Counted from the first letter of the stretch, positions 9,186-17,339 are shown. The stretch: 42,968 nucleotides of DNA from a virus (IMGVR_UViG_3300004213_000014:1-42968); one strand, 5' to 3'. Notes: a model not told the origin generated them from the sequence alone. Made by a program: numbers and translations.

Positions 9186-9685
9186 TGGTAGATCGGCACG
9201 AAGTCAGCGTAGCAGTCGTCATCATCCTCGTCGAAGCCCTCGGGCACACCCTTGGCGAGCATGTAGCGGATGCGCTTGGCCGCACCTTGCGGGGTGTTGT
9301 CGACGTCTGACCATGCCCCACCGAAGCACCAGCTGAATGCCTCGCCTTCGACGTCAAACACGCGCCCTTGATATGCGCCCCAGTCCATGTTGCCGGCTGG
9401 CGTGAAATCCTCGGGGATCGCGAGGAACCCCGCGGCCGGGCCGTGGCCGACAGCACAAGCGACAGCGCCGCACTTGCCGACGCCACCGTTCTCACGGGCG
9501 TACTTGATCTCGACTTCCTTGGCGGCTTCGGCCGCAGCATCGAGGGCGGCGAAATTGATCTCGGCCGCCTTGCGGATGCCGCGCACCTTCAGCTCTTCGA
9601 AGAAGACTTCCATCTCGAAGCCCTTATAGTCGGCGGGCAGGCCTTCGAGGTAGGTGGCGAGGCGCTTGAGGTTGTTACGGTTCAT
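9182..9685 (-). CDS. hypothetical protein
   Basis: AGGA RBS, start MNRNNLKRLA. CGAVACAVGH motif and acidic C-tail. Confidence 0.75.
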   Translation of the reverse strand: MNRNNLKRLATYLEGLPADYKGFEMEVFFEELKVRGIRKAAEINFAALDAAAEAAKEVEIKYARENGGVGKCGAVACAVGHGPAAGFLAIPEDFTPAGNMDWGAYQGRVFDVEGEAFSWCFGGAWSDVDNTPQGAAKRIRYMLAKGVPEGFDEDDDDCYADFVPIYQ

Positions 9686-10191
9686 GTCGTTGGTCCTGTT
9701 CTGCTGGTCACCCACGTCGCGCCCCACGCCCAGTAGCGGAGCGAGTTGCAGGCGTGCTCGATGACAATCGCGTTGCTGTGGCCCTGCGAGCCGGCGCTTG
9801 CGCAGGCCTGGACATGGGCCACGGCCGCGTCGTCGTCCTCGAAGATGGCGAGTTCGTCGAGGCGCTCGATGCCGGCGTCGAGGAAGGTCGAGTTACCGAC
9901 GAGGTTGAAGATGTCCCAGCCCTCGCTGTTGGCGAGTTCCTGATACTGGGAATTTTCCCACATCGTGCCCGCGCTCTGAAGCACGGCCCGCGCGACGGGC
10001 ACGGTGTAGTAGATGAGGGCAGGGCTGACGTGCATCTTGCACTCGGGTAGCCAGATGTCACCCTCATCGTTGAGGACGAGAGGCAGGCGAAGGCCGGTCA
10101 CGAGAACTGCGCCCGGAGCCACGCCATGCGCTCCTTGGGCGGCAGGCTCAGCCAGGGGGGCGCGCAGGTCGCGGTGCTGTTGGCAGGTCAT
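9682..10191 (-). CDS. hypothetical protein (possibly two fused modules; internal ATG at 9963)
   Basis: AAGGAG RBS. The internal MWENSQ is encoded by the repeated palindrome. Confidence 0.6.
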   Translation of the reverse strand: MTCQQHRDLRAPLAEPAAQGAHGVAPGAVLVTGLRLPLVLNDEGDIWLPECKMHVSPALIYYTVPVARAVLQSAGTMWENSQYQELANSEGWDIFNLVGNSTFLDAGIERLDELAIFEDDDAAVAHVQACASAGSQGHSNAIVIEHACNSLRYWAWGATWVTSRTGPTT

Positions 10192-10236
10192 GGGAAACTC
10201 CTTGAGTCAAAGATTTTGGGTGTGTACGATGGCAGG

Positions 10237-10719
10237 ATGGATGTGATCTCTCGCCGCGACGCCAAGGCACAGGGCCTCAAGTTCTACTTCACGGGCAAGC
10301 CGTGCAAGCAGGGTCATGTTGCTCCGCGATATACCAGCGGTGAGAGCTGCACCTTGTGCATCATTGCGAAGGCCAAACAGCATCGGCTGGAGGATCCCGA
10401 GGCGCATCGTGTCGCGCTTCGTAAACACCGGGCTGGTAATCTTGAGAAGATGCGCAAGACCCAGCGTGACTGGAACCGCAACAACCGACCCAAGGTTCGG
10501 GTGCATGAGGCCAAGCGGCGCGCGGCAAAGGCGCAGCGCGTTCTGCCGGGCCATGAGGCCGAGCTGGCGCGGATATACCGCGAGTGCCCGCCCGGCCATC
10601 ATGTCGATCACATTGTGCCGCTTCACCATCCTTGTGTCTGCGGTCTGCACGTTCCGTGGAACCTGCAATATCTGACCGAGGCCGAGAACTTGGCGAAGGG
10701 CAACCGCTGGGACGGTTAG
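10237..10719 (+). CDS. HNH endonuclease with N-terminal Zn module
   Basis: MDVISRRDAKAQGLKFYFTGKPCKQGH...CTLC and HVDHIVPL...CGLHVPWNLQYL...KGN. Confidence 0.9.
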   Translation: MDVISRRDAKAQGLKFYFTGKPCKQGHVAPRYTSGESCTLCIIAKAKQHRLEDPEAHRVALRKHRAGNLEKMRKTQRDWNRNNRPKVRVHEAKRRAAKAQRVLPGHEAELARIYRECPPGHHVDHIVPLHHPCVCGLHVPWNLQYLTEAENLAKGNRWDG

Positions 10720-10982
10720 AGCCGTCCCGAAAAGATCTTGGGCGTGCGCACCGCGGCGTTGATGGTCGCGGGATCGATCTCAACCTGAAACGCACGCTGT
10801 CGACCCAGACGCCGCGTCACCTCCGCGAGGACGAGGTGCGGATACTCAGCCTGCTCGATCAGGTCGCAGAACACCGTGCGGTGCTTCTGGCGCTCGGCGA
10901 CGGCGTGGTCGGGCAGGCGGCACTCGGCGCGGGCGTGGTGCAGGGCAACAGCGACGCGCAGGGCGGTGGAGATGTGCGGCAT
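10716..10982 (-). CDS. hypothetical protein
   Basis: AAGGA RBS. A palindrome copy lies just upstream. Confidence 0.65.
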   Translation of the reverse strand: MPHISTALRVAVALHHARAECRLPDHAVAERQKHRTVFCDLIEQAEYPHLVLAEVTRRLGRQRAFQVEIDPATINAAVRTPKIFSGRL

Positions 10983-11067
10983 GGGAGGTGTCCTTCTTGG
11001 TTGCGATCAACTTGGGAAAATTCCCAGATCATGGTTGATCGGCATGACCTGGAAGGGGGCGTGGTGG

Positions 11068-11397
11068 CTAGGGCAGCTGGCCGCGGGCTACGCGGTAGAG
11101 GGCGTTCAGCCCTTTCGAGCGGTCGCCGGTGCGGATGCCGCTATCGTTGGCGCTGTACAGGTCGTCGGTTTCGGTGCTGCCGATGGCCCGATACACGCCG
11201 TGATAGTCGGAGCTGTTGAGTTCGCAGGCGAGCCGGCCGACGGCGCAGAAGCAGTCCGCAAATACGCTGGTGGGCGGTACGGACGTGCCGTTGGCGGCCT
11301 CGGCCAACCGAAACCCGATGTGCTTGTCAGGGTTGGCCTTGAGCCAGTCTGCGGCGCGCTTGGCAGCAGCGCGTGTTTCAGGCGTGAAGTAGACCAC
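11068..11397 (-). CDS. hypothetical protein (CFCAVG motif)
   Basis: GTG start at 11397 with AAGGA RBS. Confidence 0.65.
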   Translation of the reverse strand: MVYFTPETRAAAKRAADWLKANPDKHIGFRLAEAANGTSVPPTSVFADCFCAVGRLACELNSSDYHGVYRAIGSTETDDLYSANDSGIRTGDRSKGLNALYRVARGQLP

Positions 11398-11590
11398 GGC
11401 GATGATCCTTCCTGCGGGGCTTGGAATTGTCGGTGCGGCGGTACACGGCGTTCTTCTCACGCTTGGACCACCAGCTCTTGACGCGGATCGGTTCACAGTT
11501 CGGGCCGGGCTGGCCGGACGGTGCGGGGATGGCGTCGATCTCGGCCTGCTGCTGGGCGAGATAGCGGGCGCGGTCATTCCAGAGGAACAT
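11378..11590 (-). CDS. hypothetical protein (70 aa)
   Basis: MFLWNDRAR..., with AAGGA RBS. Confidence 0.55.
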   Translation of the reverse strand: MFLWNDRARYLAQQQAEIDAIPAPSGQPGPNCEPIRVKSWWSKREKNAVYRRTDNSKPRRKDHRRGLLHA

Positions 11591-11592
11591 GG

Positions 11593-11880
11593 TCAGTTGA
11601 TCCTTGCTGCGAGGCGGTCGACGCGGATGTTCAGCGTGCGCTGGACCTGCGGATGCCAGACGTCGCCCTTGGCGTACTCGCGGGCGATCCGCTCGGCGCG
11701 GGTAAGCGCCCACCAGTTGTAGCGGTCGACGGCCGCGGCGGCGGCATGATACGCGAGCAGGATCGAGGACGGTGCGACGATCAAGCACCACGCGGCGTCC
11801 CAGTGCGACAGCACGCCGGTGGCGCACGCTACGGTGATGATCGTCAGGCAGATGCAAGCGAAGAAGGCGGCGCGGATCAT
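11593..11880 (-). CDS. small membrane protein
   Basis: Two hydrophobic segments; GGAG RBS. Confidence 0.65.
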   Translation of the reverse strand: MIRAAFFACICLTIITVACATGVLSHWDAAWCLIVAPSSILLAYHAAAAAVDRYNWWALTRAERIAREYAKGDVWHPQVQRTLNIRVDRLAARIN

Positions 11881-11957
11881 CGTGCGGCTCCATGTGAAGA
11901 TTTGGGAAAATTCCCAAGAGGTCGTCGGTGACGGTTCTCTGGGCGTGGTGGAGAGTG

Positions 11958-12035
11958 AGGGCGCGCCTATCGGGCAGGGCGTGCGTGCCCGTCAGGGCGC
12001 GCCTATCGGGCAGGGCGCGCCTATCGGGCAGGGCG
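11958..12035. repeat. 18-bp tandem repeat AGGGCGCGCCTATCGGGC (3 exact + 1 variant unit + partial), iteron-like
   Basis: Units start at 11958, 11976 (variant), 11994 and 12012. Confidence 0.9.
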
Positions 12036-12071
12036 TTGGCGTGGACCAGGCCACGTCGTTAGCGCCTAAAC

Positions 12072-12197
12072 GCTCCGTTTTTATCTAATTGCCGGGTAAC
12101 TCGTATATGTACCATATACTGTATATATTTATTCATCTGGCTACCAGATATATGAATAAATACATCTCTTTACCCGGCAATTAGATAAAAACGGAGC
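12072..12197. repeat. 28-bp perfect inverted repeat enclosing an AT-rich core with nested inverted repeats; putative replication origin
   Basis: GCTCCGTTTTTATCTAATTGCCGGGTAA (12072-12099) is the reverse complement of 12170-12197. Inner pair TATTTATTCAT/ATGAATAAATA. The origin role is inferred. Confidence 0.8.
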
Positions 12198-12272
12198 CTT
12201 ACTCGCCCAAGAACGCAGTGGAAAATTTGGGAAAATTCCCAATCTCACCGGCTGCGGCGCGCAACAGACCGG

Positions 12273-12656
12273 TCAATTACCGGCCTGGAGCACGCGAACG
12301 TGATAGCCCCGCGACCGCATCTGCCGGGCGTAGGTATCGGCATTGCGCCGCGACGGCTCACCATACCGGCTGCGACCGCCGGCACCGCCACCCGTGGCGT
12401 TCTCGACGTGAATATCCCACAAGATCGGCCCACCGCTGGCGTCAGGGTGCGATCGATAGACGATCAATTCGGGCAGGCTCTCGGATGGGTCAGGCGCGGC
12501 GGCGCGCAGCTGCCCCTCGATCCATCGGTTGTGGATCACGCGCTTGCGCTGGCGCTCGATACGCTCGGCTTCGAGTCGCGCGGCGGTGGCGAGAACCAGC
12601 GCGTCGCGGGCGCGCCGCTCAAGAGCGGCGGCCTCGACAACAATGTTGCGGCTCAC
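12273..12656 (-). CDS. hypothetical protein
   Basis: GTG start (MSRNIVVE...) overlaps the stop of the upstream micro-ORF (GTGA). Confidence 0.65.
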   Translation of the reverse strand: MSRNIVVEAAALERRARDALVLATAARLEAERIERQRKRVIHNRWIEGQLRAAAPDPSESLPELIVYRSHPDASGGPILWDIHVENATGGGAGGRSRYGEPSRRNADTYARQMRSRGYHVRVLQAGN

Positions 12657-12739
12657 AGGCCGTACTCGTCGAGCAGGGCGAGAATATCCTCGTCGGGTTC
12701 GGCGGTGTCGAGCGGATAGATTTCGGACAGGTCGGGCAC
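12653..12739 (-). CDS. 28-aa acidic micropeptide MPDLSEIYPLDTAEPDEDILALLDEYGL
   Basis: GGAGG RBS, GTG start, and stop coupled to the next start. Below the ORF-track cutoff. Confidence 0.6.
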   Translation of the reverse strand: MPDLSEIYPLDTAEPDEDILALLDEYGL

Positions 12740-12814
12740 GTTGGCCTCCGTTGGGAAAATTCCCAGCCGCGTCGCACTCGCGGCCGGGCATTGGCATATG
12801 GGACGAAGCGCGGC

Positions 12815-13465
12815 TTAGGCCGCCAGCTTCAGCTGCGACGTGGTGTAGGCGTCCATGCGGTCGGCGATCGCCTTGCGGAGAGCCGCGACCGTGTCGCTGG
12901 CGGCGAGGAAAGCCGCATCATCCATGCCAGCGATGATGAGCGCGGCTTTGTTCAGAATGTCCGCGTCGGACACCACGACACCGCCGGTCGGCTCGTTCGT
13001 GCCGGTGTTGGTTTCGGCTTCCTCGCTTGGGCCCACATCCTTGGCGGCGTCGGCGCGCATCTGGTCGGCGATCGCCACGGTGAGGGCACGCAGGCTCTTG
13101 GGCGCACCTTCGGCGTCGAACACGAACGCGGTGGCGATCTTGGTGAGCGCGTCATCGCCCTTGGCGTTCTCGTGCGCCTTGAGGATGCTCTCCACCGTCT
13201 TGCGGGTGGCGTCACCGCCGACGAAGTCGCGCAGGCCGGAGAGCTTGTCCACGGGCTTGCCGCTCTTGGCCTTCGGGTTCCCGAAGGAAGCGATCACGGT
13301 GGCGACCACCTTGTCGGGGGAGGCGGCACCGGTCATGAGGGCGGCGAGGATCGAACGTGCCATCGGCGTCGCCTTGTTCTCGGCAGTCACCGCGGCCGAA
13401 CGGAAAGCCTTGATCGTCTCGCCCATGTTGTTCGCGATAGGGCTCATGTCGGTCATATCATTCAC
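12815..13465 (-). CDS. hypothetical Ala-rich protein, first gene of leftward operon
   Basis: GGAG RBS and strongly biased codon usage. Confidence 0.8.
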   Translation of the reverse strand: MNDMTDMSPIANNMGETIKAFRSAAVTAENKATPMARSILAALMTGAASPDKVVATVIASFGNPKAKSGKPVDKLSGLRDFVGGDATRKTVESILKAHENAKGDDALTKIATAFVFDAEGAPKSLRALTVAIADQMRADAAKDVGPSEEAETNTGTNEPTGGVVVSDADILNKAALIIAGMDDAAFLAASDTVAALRKAIADRMDAYTTSQLKLAA

Positions 13466-13575
13466 TCCAAAAGGATTGGGAAAATTCCCAACATCCCAGC
13501 ATCATGCTGGTGGAAACCACTGGCGTTGAGCCAGTAGTTACCACCACCATGACAAGACGCATCGCACGCGCCCTG

Positions 13576-13888
13576 GAGCATCGTAGTGGAAATGGTGACG
13601 GGACTAATGCGCCCGCTACGTCGACCCCCGTTGTTCCGCTTTCGTCTCGCCTACGCCATACCCTTGCCAAAGGGGTTAGCCATGACTGCCCTACTCGATT
13701 GCCGGACGGCTTGCGCCTCACCCGGACCCCGGAAAACTCTCGTGTCACTCGTGTCACCACGCGGCGCCACATCCGGTTTGGACCCGGATGCGGCTTGTTG
13801 TGCCGCTTCATGTCCCCACAACGCAGGGGCTGTCCACCCCACGTCGCCAGACGTCACCCGTCACCCGGATAACCACGCTACGATGTTT
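13576..13888 (-). ncRNA. candidate ~310-nt structured RNA of unknown class
   Basis: Long-range closing helices 13579-13589/13873-13885 and 13594-13602/13857-13865, plus several internal hairpins. No credible ORF. Strand is inferred from context. Confidence 0.55.
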
Positions 13889-14094
13889 CGGCCGTGCGCT
13901 CGCCTAGCCGGGCTTGGTCCGGCATGTTGGGAATATTCCCAGTATGTTGGGGTAGGCACAATGTACCTACGCCTCACCCAAGGGGAGGACTTGGCCCTAG
14001 CCCCGGAGGGGAGGGCGGCGGGGAAAGCGTTTCCGCTGACCGCCCACCAACAATGGCAGAGGGGGTGAGGTAATCCAGCACAAGGCAGGAAGGG

Positions 14095-14107
14095 TAACAC
14101 GTTGATT
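14095..14107 (-). promoter_or_regulatory. IHF consensus site
   Basis: AATCAACGTGTTA matches WATCAANNNNTTR, with A-tracts on its 5' side. Confidence 0.5.
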
Positions 14108-14224
14108 TTCCTAGGTTTTTTGCCAGTATACTATGATAGTGGGCCGTGGAATTTCGCATAATTTTTCCAGTTTTTTGAAACTTTCACCCTTGTCCGCACA
14201 GTTTTCGCGCGATAATTATGAAGA

Positions 14225-14686
14225 ATGAACCGACTTCCGCTCGAAATTCGCTACCGGCGCGATAAAGCCCTGAAATTGGGCCACGCCACCTACATGGGCC
14301 GGGCCTGCAAGCACGGGCACGACGGTCGCCGTCGAACCGCCAGCGGCGTGTGTGTCGGCTGTCAGCAGGCCGACAAACGGAAGCGGAGCGGGCGATCTGT
14401 CGCTTGGAACCGTGAAAATCGCGCCGCCCGGCTGCTGACCAAGGCCAAATCCCGCGCTCAGGCGACCGGCCGCGCCTTTGACCTGGGCCTCGACGACATC
14501 ACCATTCCCGAAACGTGTCCTGTGCTCGGCATCCCGCTCGATCAGCCGAGCCTCGATCGCTTCGACAACAGCCTCGGGTATGTGAAGGGTAACGTGCGGG
14601 TGATCTCGCTGCGTGCCAACCGGCTGAAAGGCGACGCAACGGTCGAGGAAGTCGAGGCCATCCTTCGCTACATGCGCGGAGGATGA
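14225..14686 (+). CDS. HNH-like (betabetaalpha-Me) endonuclease with N-terminal Zn module
   Basis: ACKHGH...CVGC and CPVLG...SLDRFDNSLGYVKGNVRVISLRANRLK. Confidence 0.85.
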   Translation: MNRLPLEIRYRRDKALKLGHATYMGRACKHGHDGRRRTASGVCVGCQQADKRKRSGRSVAWNRENRAARLLTKAKSRAQATGRAFDLGLDDITIPETCPVLGIPLDQPSLDRFDNSLGYVKGNVRVISLRANRLKGDATVEEVEAILRYMRGG

Positions 14687-14698
14687 CCTCGAACCCGG

Positions 14699-17182
14699 TC
14701 ACTTTTCGGGCAAAACAGGGCCAACGACCTTCATCTTGATGGCGCGATGGCGCATCACACCGGTCGCGTCCTGATACGGCTCACATTCGTGGCCCAGCTC
14801 GCCCAGCATTTGCTGGAACCGCTCATAGGACACCGAAAAACCCCGACTGACGTCCTTCATGTAGAAAACATATTGGTCAAAGACCACGCGGGCGTCGACA
14901 TGGTCGGCTTTGTCCTGCGTCGGGCGGATTTTGTCGCTCGACTGCAGGAACGCGGCCACCGAGTTGTTCGAACGCAGCACCTGATTGATGCGAACCTGAT
15001 GCGACGAAGGCAGCGTGTAGTCGCGCTGCCGCTGCAGCCGGGCCAGACCCTGCACCGCCCATGCCGCGATCGCCTCGCGCTCCTCCGCGACGAGGATCTT
15101 GTGGAAGTCGACAATTTTCTCATGCGCCAGCACGATGCGATTGAAGTCGAGGATCAGCCAGCGCCGGACGAAACCGCCCGACGTGTCGCGCGACCGCGGC
15201 AGGAAGTTGGACCCGAACCAGTTTGCGGCGATCGGCCGGAACTCGAAAGCGTCCTTCCCCTTGAATTCGGTGTGCTGACCGGTCCCCTCGATCACCTCCT
15301 TGAAGGCGCGGCCGTCGATTGTCGCCTCCTCGGGCAGCTCGCCGCAGACGTTCAGCGTTTTGCCGATCATCGCCGCCAGCTGGAACCGCTCGTTCCACAG
15401 CGTCGGCGGCACCGAGCACTGCGCAGACGGCGGCATCATGGCCTTCAGCACCTCCAGCGCCTGCGTCTTGCCGGTGCCGGGCTTGCCGTGCAGCAGGATC
15501 GCGCGCTGATACGACGGAGCGATGCCGAACATCGTCGCCGCGAACGCCTCCTGCAGCGCGGCGACCTTGTCGGCATAGTCCTCGTCGTCGCCCCACGACT
15601 GCTCCAGATATTCCAACCACTTGTGCGCCTCGGCGGCGCGCTCGGGGATGTAGTTGAAAGGCAGCGTGAAGGTCTTGCCGTATTTCGGGCTGTGGTCGTG
15701 CAGCTGCAGGTTCGCGTCGAGAAACCCGTTCGCGAAGTTGATGCCGATCTCCATCTCGGTGCCAAGCGGCGCGCGCGCCACCTTCCCGACGGTCTTGGTG
15801 ATCGCCTGATAATCGTTGTGCCGGCGCGCCAGCGCGTTGCCCTTGATGCTCTCGGCGACCGCCATGTAGACGTCGTCCTCCTCGATCGCCTGATGGCACG
15901 AGCCGGACCACTGCCAGAACTTACCCTGCGCGAAGATCAGGTCGCCGCCGCGGCTCATTTCCTCATAGATCTGACGCGCGATCGCCTCGTGATCGGCCGC
16001 CTGCTCGCTGTCACCGCGGCGCGCTTCCTTGAACAGGCGCTTCAGGTCGGGCTTCGGCACGCTGACGCCCGACATCCGCTTGATGTTATCCTTCTCGATG
16101 AAGCTGGCGAACAGCATGTCGGAGAAGTTCTCGTCCTTGGCGAGCAGCGTCACGATCTCCTCGACGCGCGCGAGCGCCCAGTCGACGTCACCCGGCTGCT
16201 CCATCACCTTGGCCTCCAGCCATTCCTGCGCCTTGGTCACGGTCCACCGCTGCTGCTCGTTCTTCTTCGACATCTCGGCGATCGCCGGGTGCGCGCGCTG
16301 GTCATCAGTCAGGCCGGTGTCCCAGCCCTCGGGCAGGGTCTTGCCCTTCTCGACGTCCTTGAGCAGAAACTCGACCAGCTTCGCCACGCCCTTGTCAGGG
16401 TCCATATCGTCACCACCCGCGGTGTGCGAAGTGAAGTTCTCGACCCAATGCGACATGTGCTTCATCGCTTCGGCGAGCGTGAACTTGGCGTTCTTGTCGA
16501 TGCCCATGACGACGCGCGCCAGATAGCCGGCGTGCCGGACCATCTGGATGTCGCGCTCACCCTGCGGCACTACGTCGAGCGGCGCGCTGCGGCCGGACTG
16601 CGCGAGCGTAAACCCCTTGGTGCCGAGGATCGGCTCCAGCGCCTGGCGCAGGATGCGCTCGACGTCGAGCGGCAGCGGCTCGATCTTGTCCAGAACCTCG
16701 TACAGGTGGGTGTCCGAGACATAGGGCCGGCCGGTGTCAGGGTGGATCGATGGCGGCATGACCATCTGGTTGCCCGCGCCGAGGAACTCGACGATGCTCT
16801 CGTTGTCGCTGTTGCGCAGCTTGAAGTTCGGCTGACCCTGCCAGCGGTAGATCAGGCCCATGCCCTTCTTGCCGACGCGCACCCACGGCGACGCGGGGAG
16901 CGCGGCGCGGATCGCAGCGACCAGATCCTCGTCCTCGGTATCGATGTCGATCGCGCACAGACCCGAGGCTTTGCCAAAGGGCAGACCGATGTTCGACTGC
17001 GGGTACGACAGCAGCCAGCTGTGACGCATCGCCTCCGACGGCATCACGTCGCCGTACTGGGTCCACTCGGACAGAATCGGGGCCTTGCCCTTGCCCTTCG
17101 ACGGGCTGTCCCAACGCTTGAGGGGCATGACGGGGATGCCCGCTGCCCAGTACAACGGGGCGTGGTCGTGGAAAATGGACAT
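14699..17182 (-). CDS. bifunctional primase-polymerase fused to D5-like SF3 helicase
   Basis: NIGLPFG...CAIDID and VMPPSIHPDTG (Prim-Pol). GKPGTGKT Walker A, VCGE, FGSNFLP and GFVRRW (helicase). GGAG RBS at 17182. Confidence 0.92.
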   Translation of the reverse strand: MSIFHDHAPLYWAAGIPVMPLKRWDSPSKGKGKAPILSEWTQYGDVMPSEAMRHSWLLSYPQSNIGLPFGKASGLCAIDIDTEDEDLVAAIRAALPASPWVRVGKKGMGLIYRWQGQPNFKLRNSDNESIVEFLGAGNQMVMPPSIHPDTGRPYVSDTHLYEVLDKIEPLPLDVERILRQALEPILGTKGFTLAQSGRSAPLDVVPQGERDIQMVRHAGYLARVVMGIDKNAKFTLAEAMKHMSHWVENFTSHTAGGDDMDPDKGVAKLVEFLLKDVEKGKTLPEGWDTGLTDDQRAHPAIAEMSKKNEQQRWTVTKAQEWLEAKVMEQPGDVDWALARVEEIVTLLAKDENFSDMLFASFIEKDNIKRMSGVSVPKPDLKRLFKEARRGDSEQAADHEAIARQIYEEMSRGGDLIFAQGKFWQWSGSCHQAIEEDDVYMAVAESIKGNALARRHNDYQAITKTVGKVARAPLGTEMEIGINFANGFLDANLQLHDHSPKYGKTFTLPFNYIPERAAEAHKWLEYLEQSWGDDEDYADKVAALQEAFAATMFGIAPSYQRAILLHGKPGTGKTQALEVLKAMMPPSAQCSVPPTLWNERFQLAAMIGKTLNVCGELPEEATIDGRAFKEVIEGTGQHTEFKGKDAFEFRPIAANWFGSNFLPRSRDTSGGFVRRWLILDFNRIVLAHEKIVDFHKILVAEEREAIAAWAVQGLARLQRQRDYTLPSSHQVRINQVLRSNNSVAAFLQSSDKIRPTQDKADHVDARVVFDQYVFYMKDVSRGFSVSYERFQQMLGELGHECEPYQDATGVMRHRAIKMKVVGPVLPEK

Positions 17183-17183
17183 G

Positions 17184-17339
17184 TCAGACTCCGGTGGGTG
17201 GCTTGGGGTTCGCACCGGCCAGCGCCAGTGCGCCGCCAGCGATGAAGAGGAAGAGGCCGAACCAGACCCCTTGGGTCCAGAGGCCGTAGCCGATGATCGC
17301 GATGAACAAGCCGTGCGCGATCGCCCGCGGGTTACTCAC
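17184..17339 (-). CDS. 51-aa two-helix membrane protein
   Basis: Manual translation MSNPRAIAHGLFIAIIGYGLWTQGVWFGLFLFIAGGALALAGANPKPPTGV. It fills the gap between its neighbours exactly. Confidence 0.6.
   Translation of the reverse strand: MSNPRAIAHGLFIAIIGYGLWTQGVWFGLFLFIAGGALALAGANPKPPTGV

Noticed and set aside
226-10719. Nucleases as group I intron- or intein-encoded, or as IscB/HEARO RNA-guided
   Set aside because: They lie antisense between intact genes. I see no intron core, split exons, RuvC/PLMP motifs or room for a large associated RNA.
8663-13941. Palindrome series as a CRISPR array
   Set aside because: The repeat is only 14 bp, spacing is irregular (325-1300 bp), the intervals contain genes, and there are no cas genes.
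13500-14200. tRNA, tmRNA or hammerhead in the non-coding block; short ORFs 13458-13811, 13504-13872 and 13586-14068
   Set aside because: No T-loop/CCA cloverleaf or CUGAUGA core was found. The ORFs lack an RBS and phage-like codon bias.
17184-17339. Holin call for the small membrane protein
   Set aside because: It sits in the replication operon with no adjacent endolysin; left as an unknown membrane protein.
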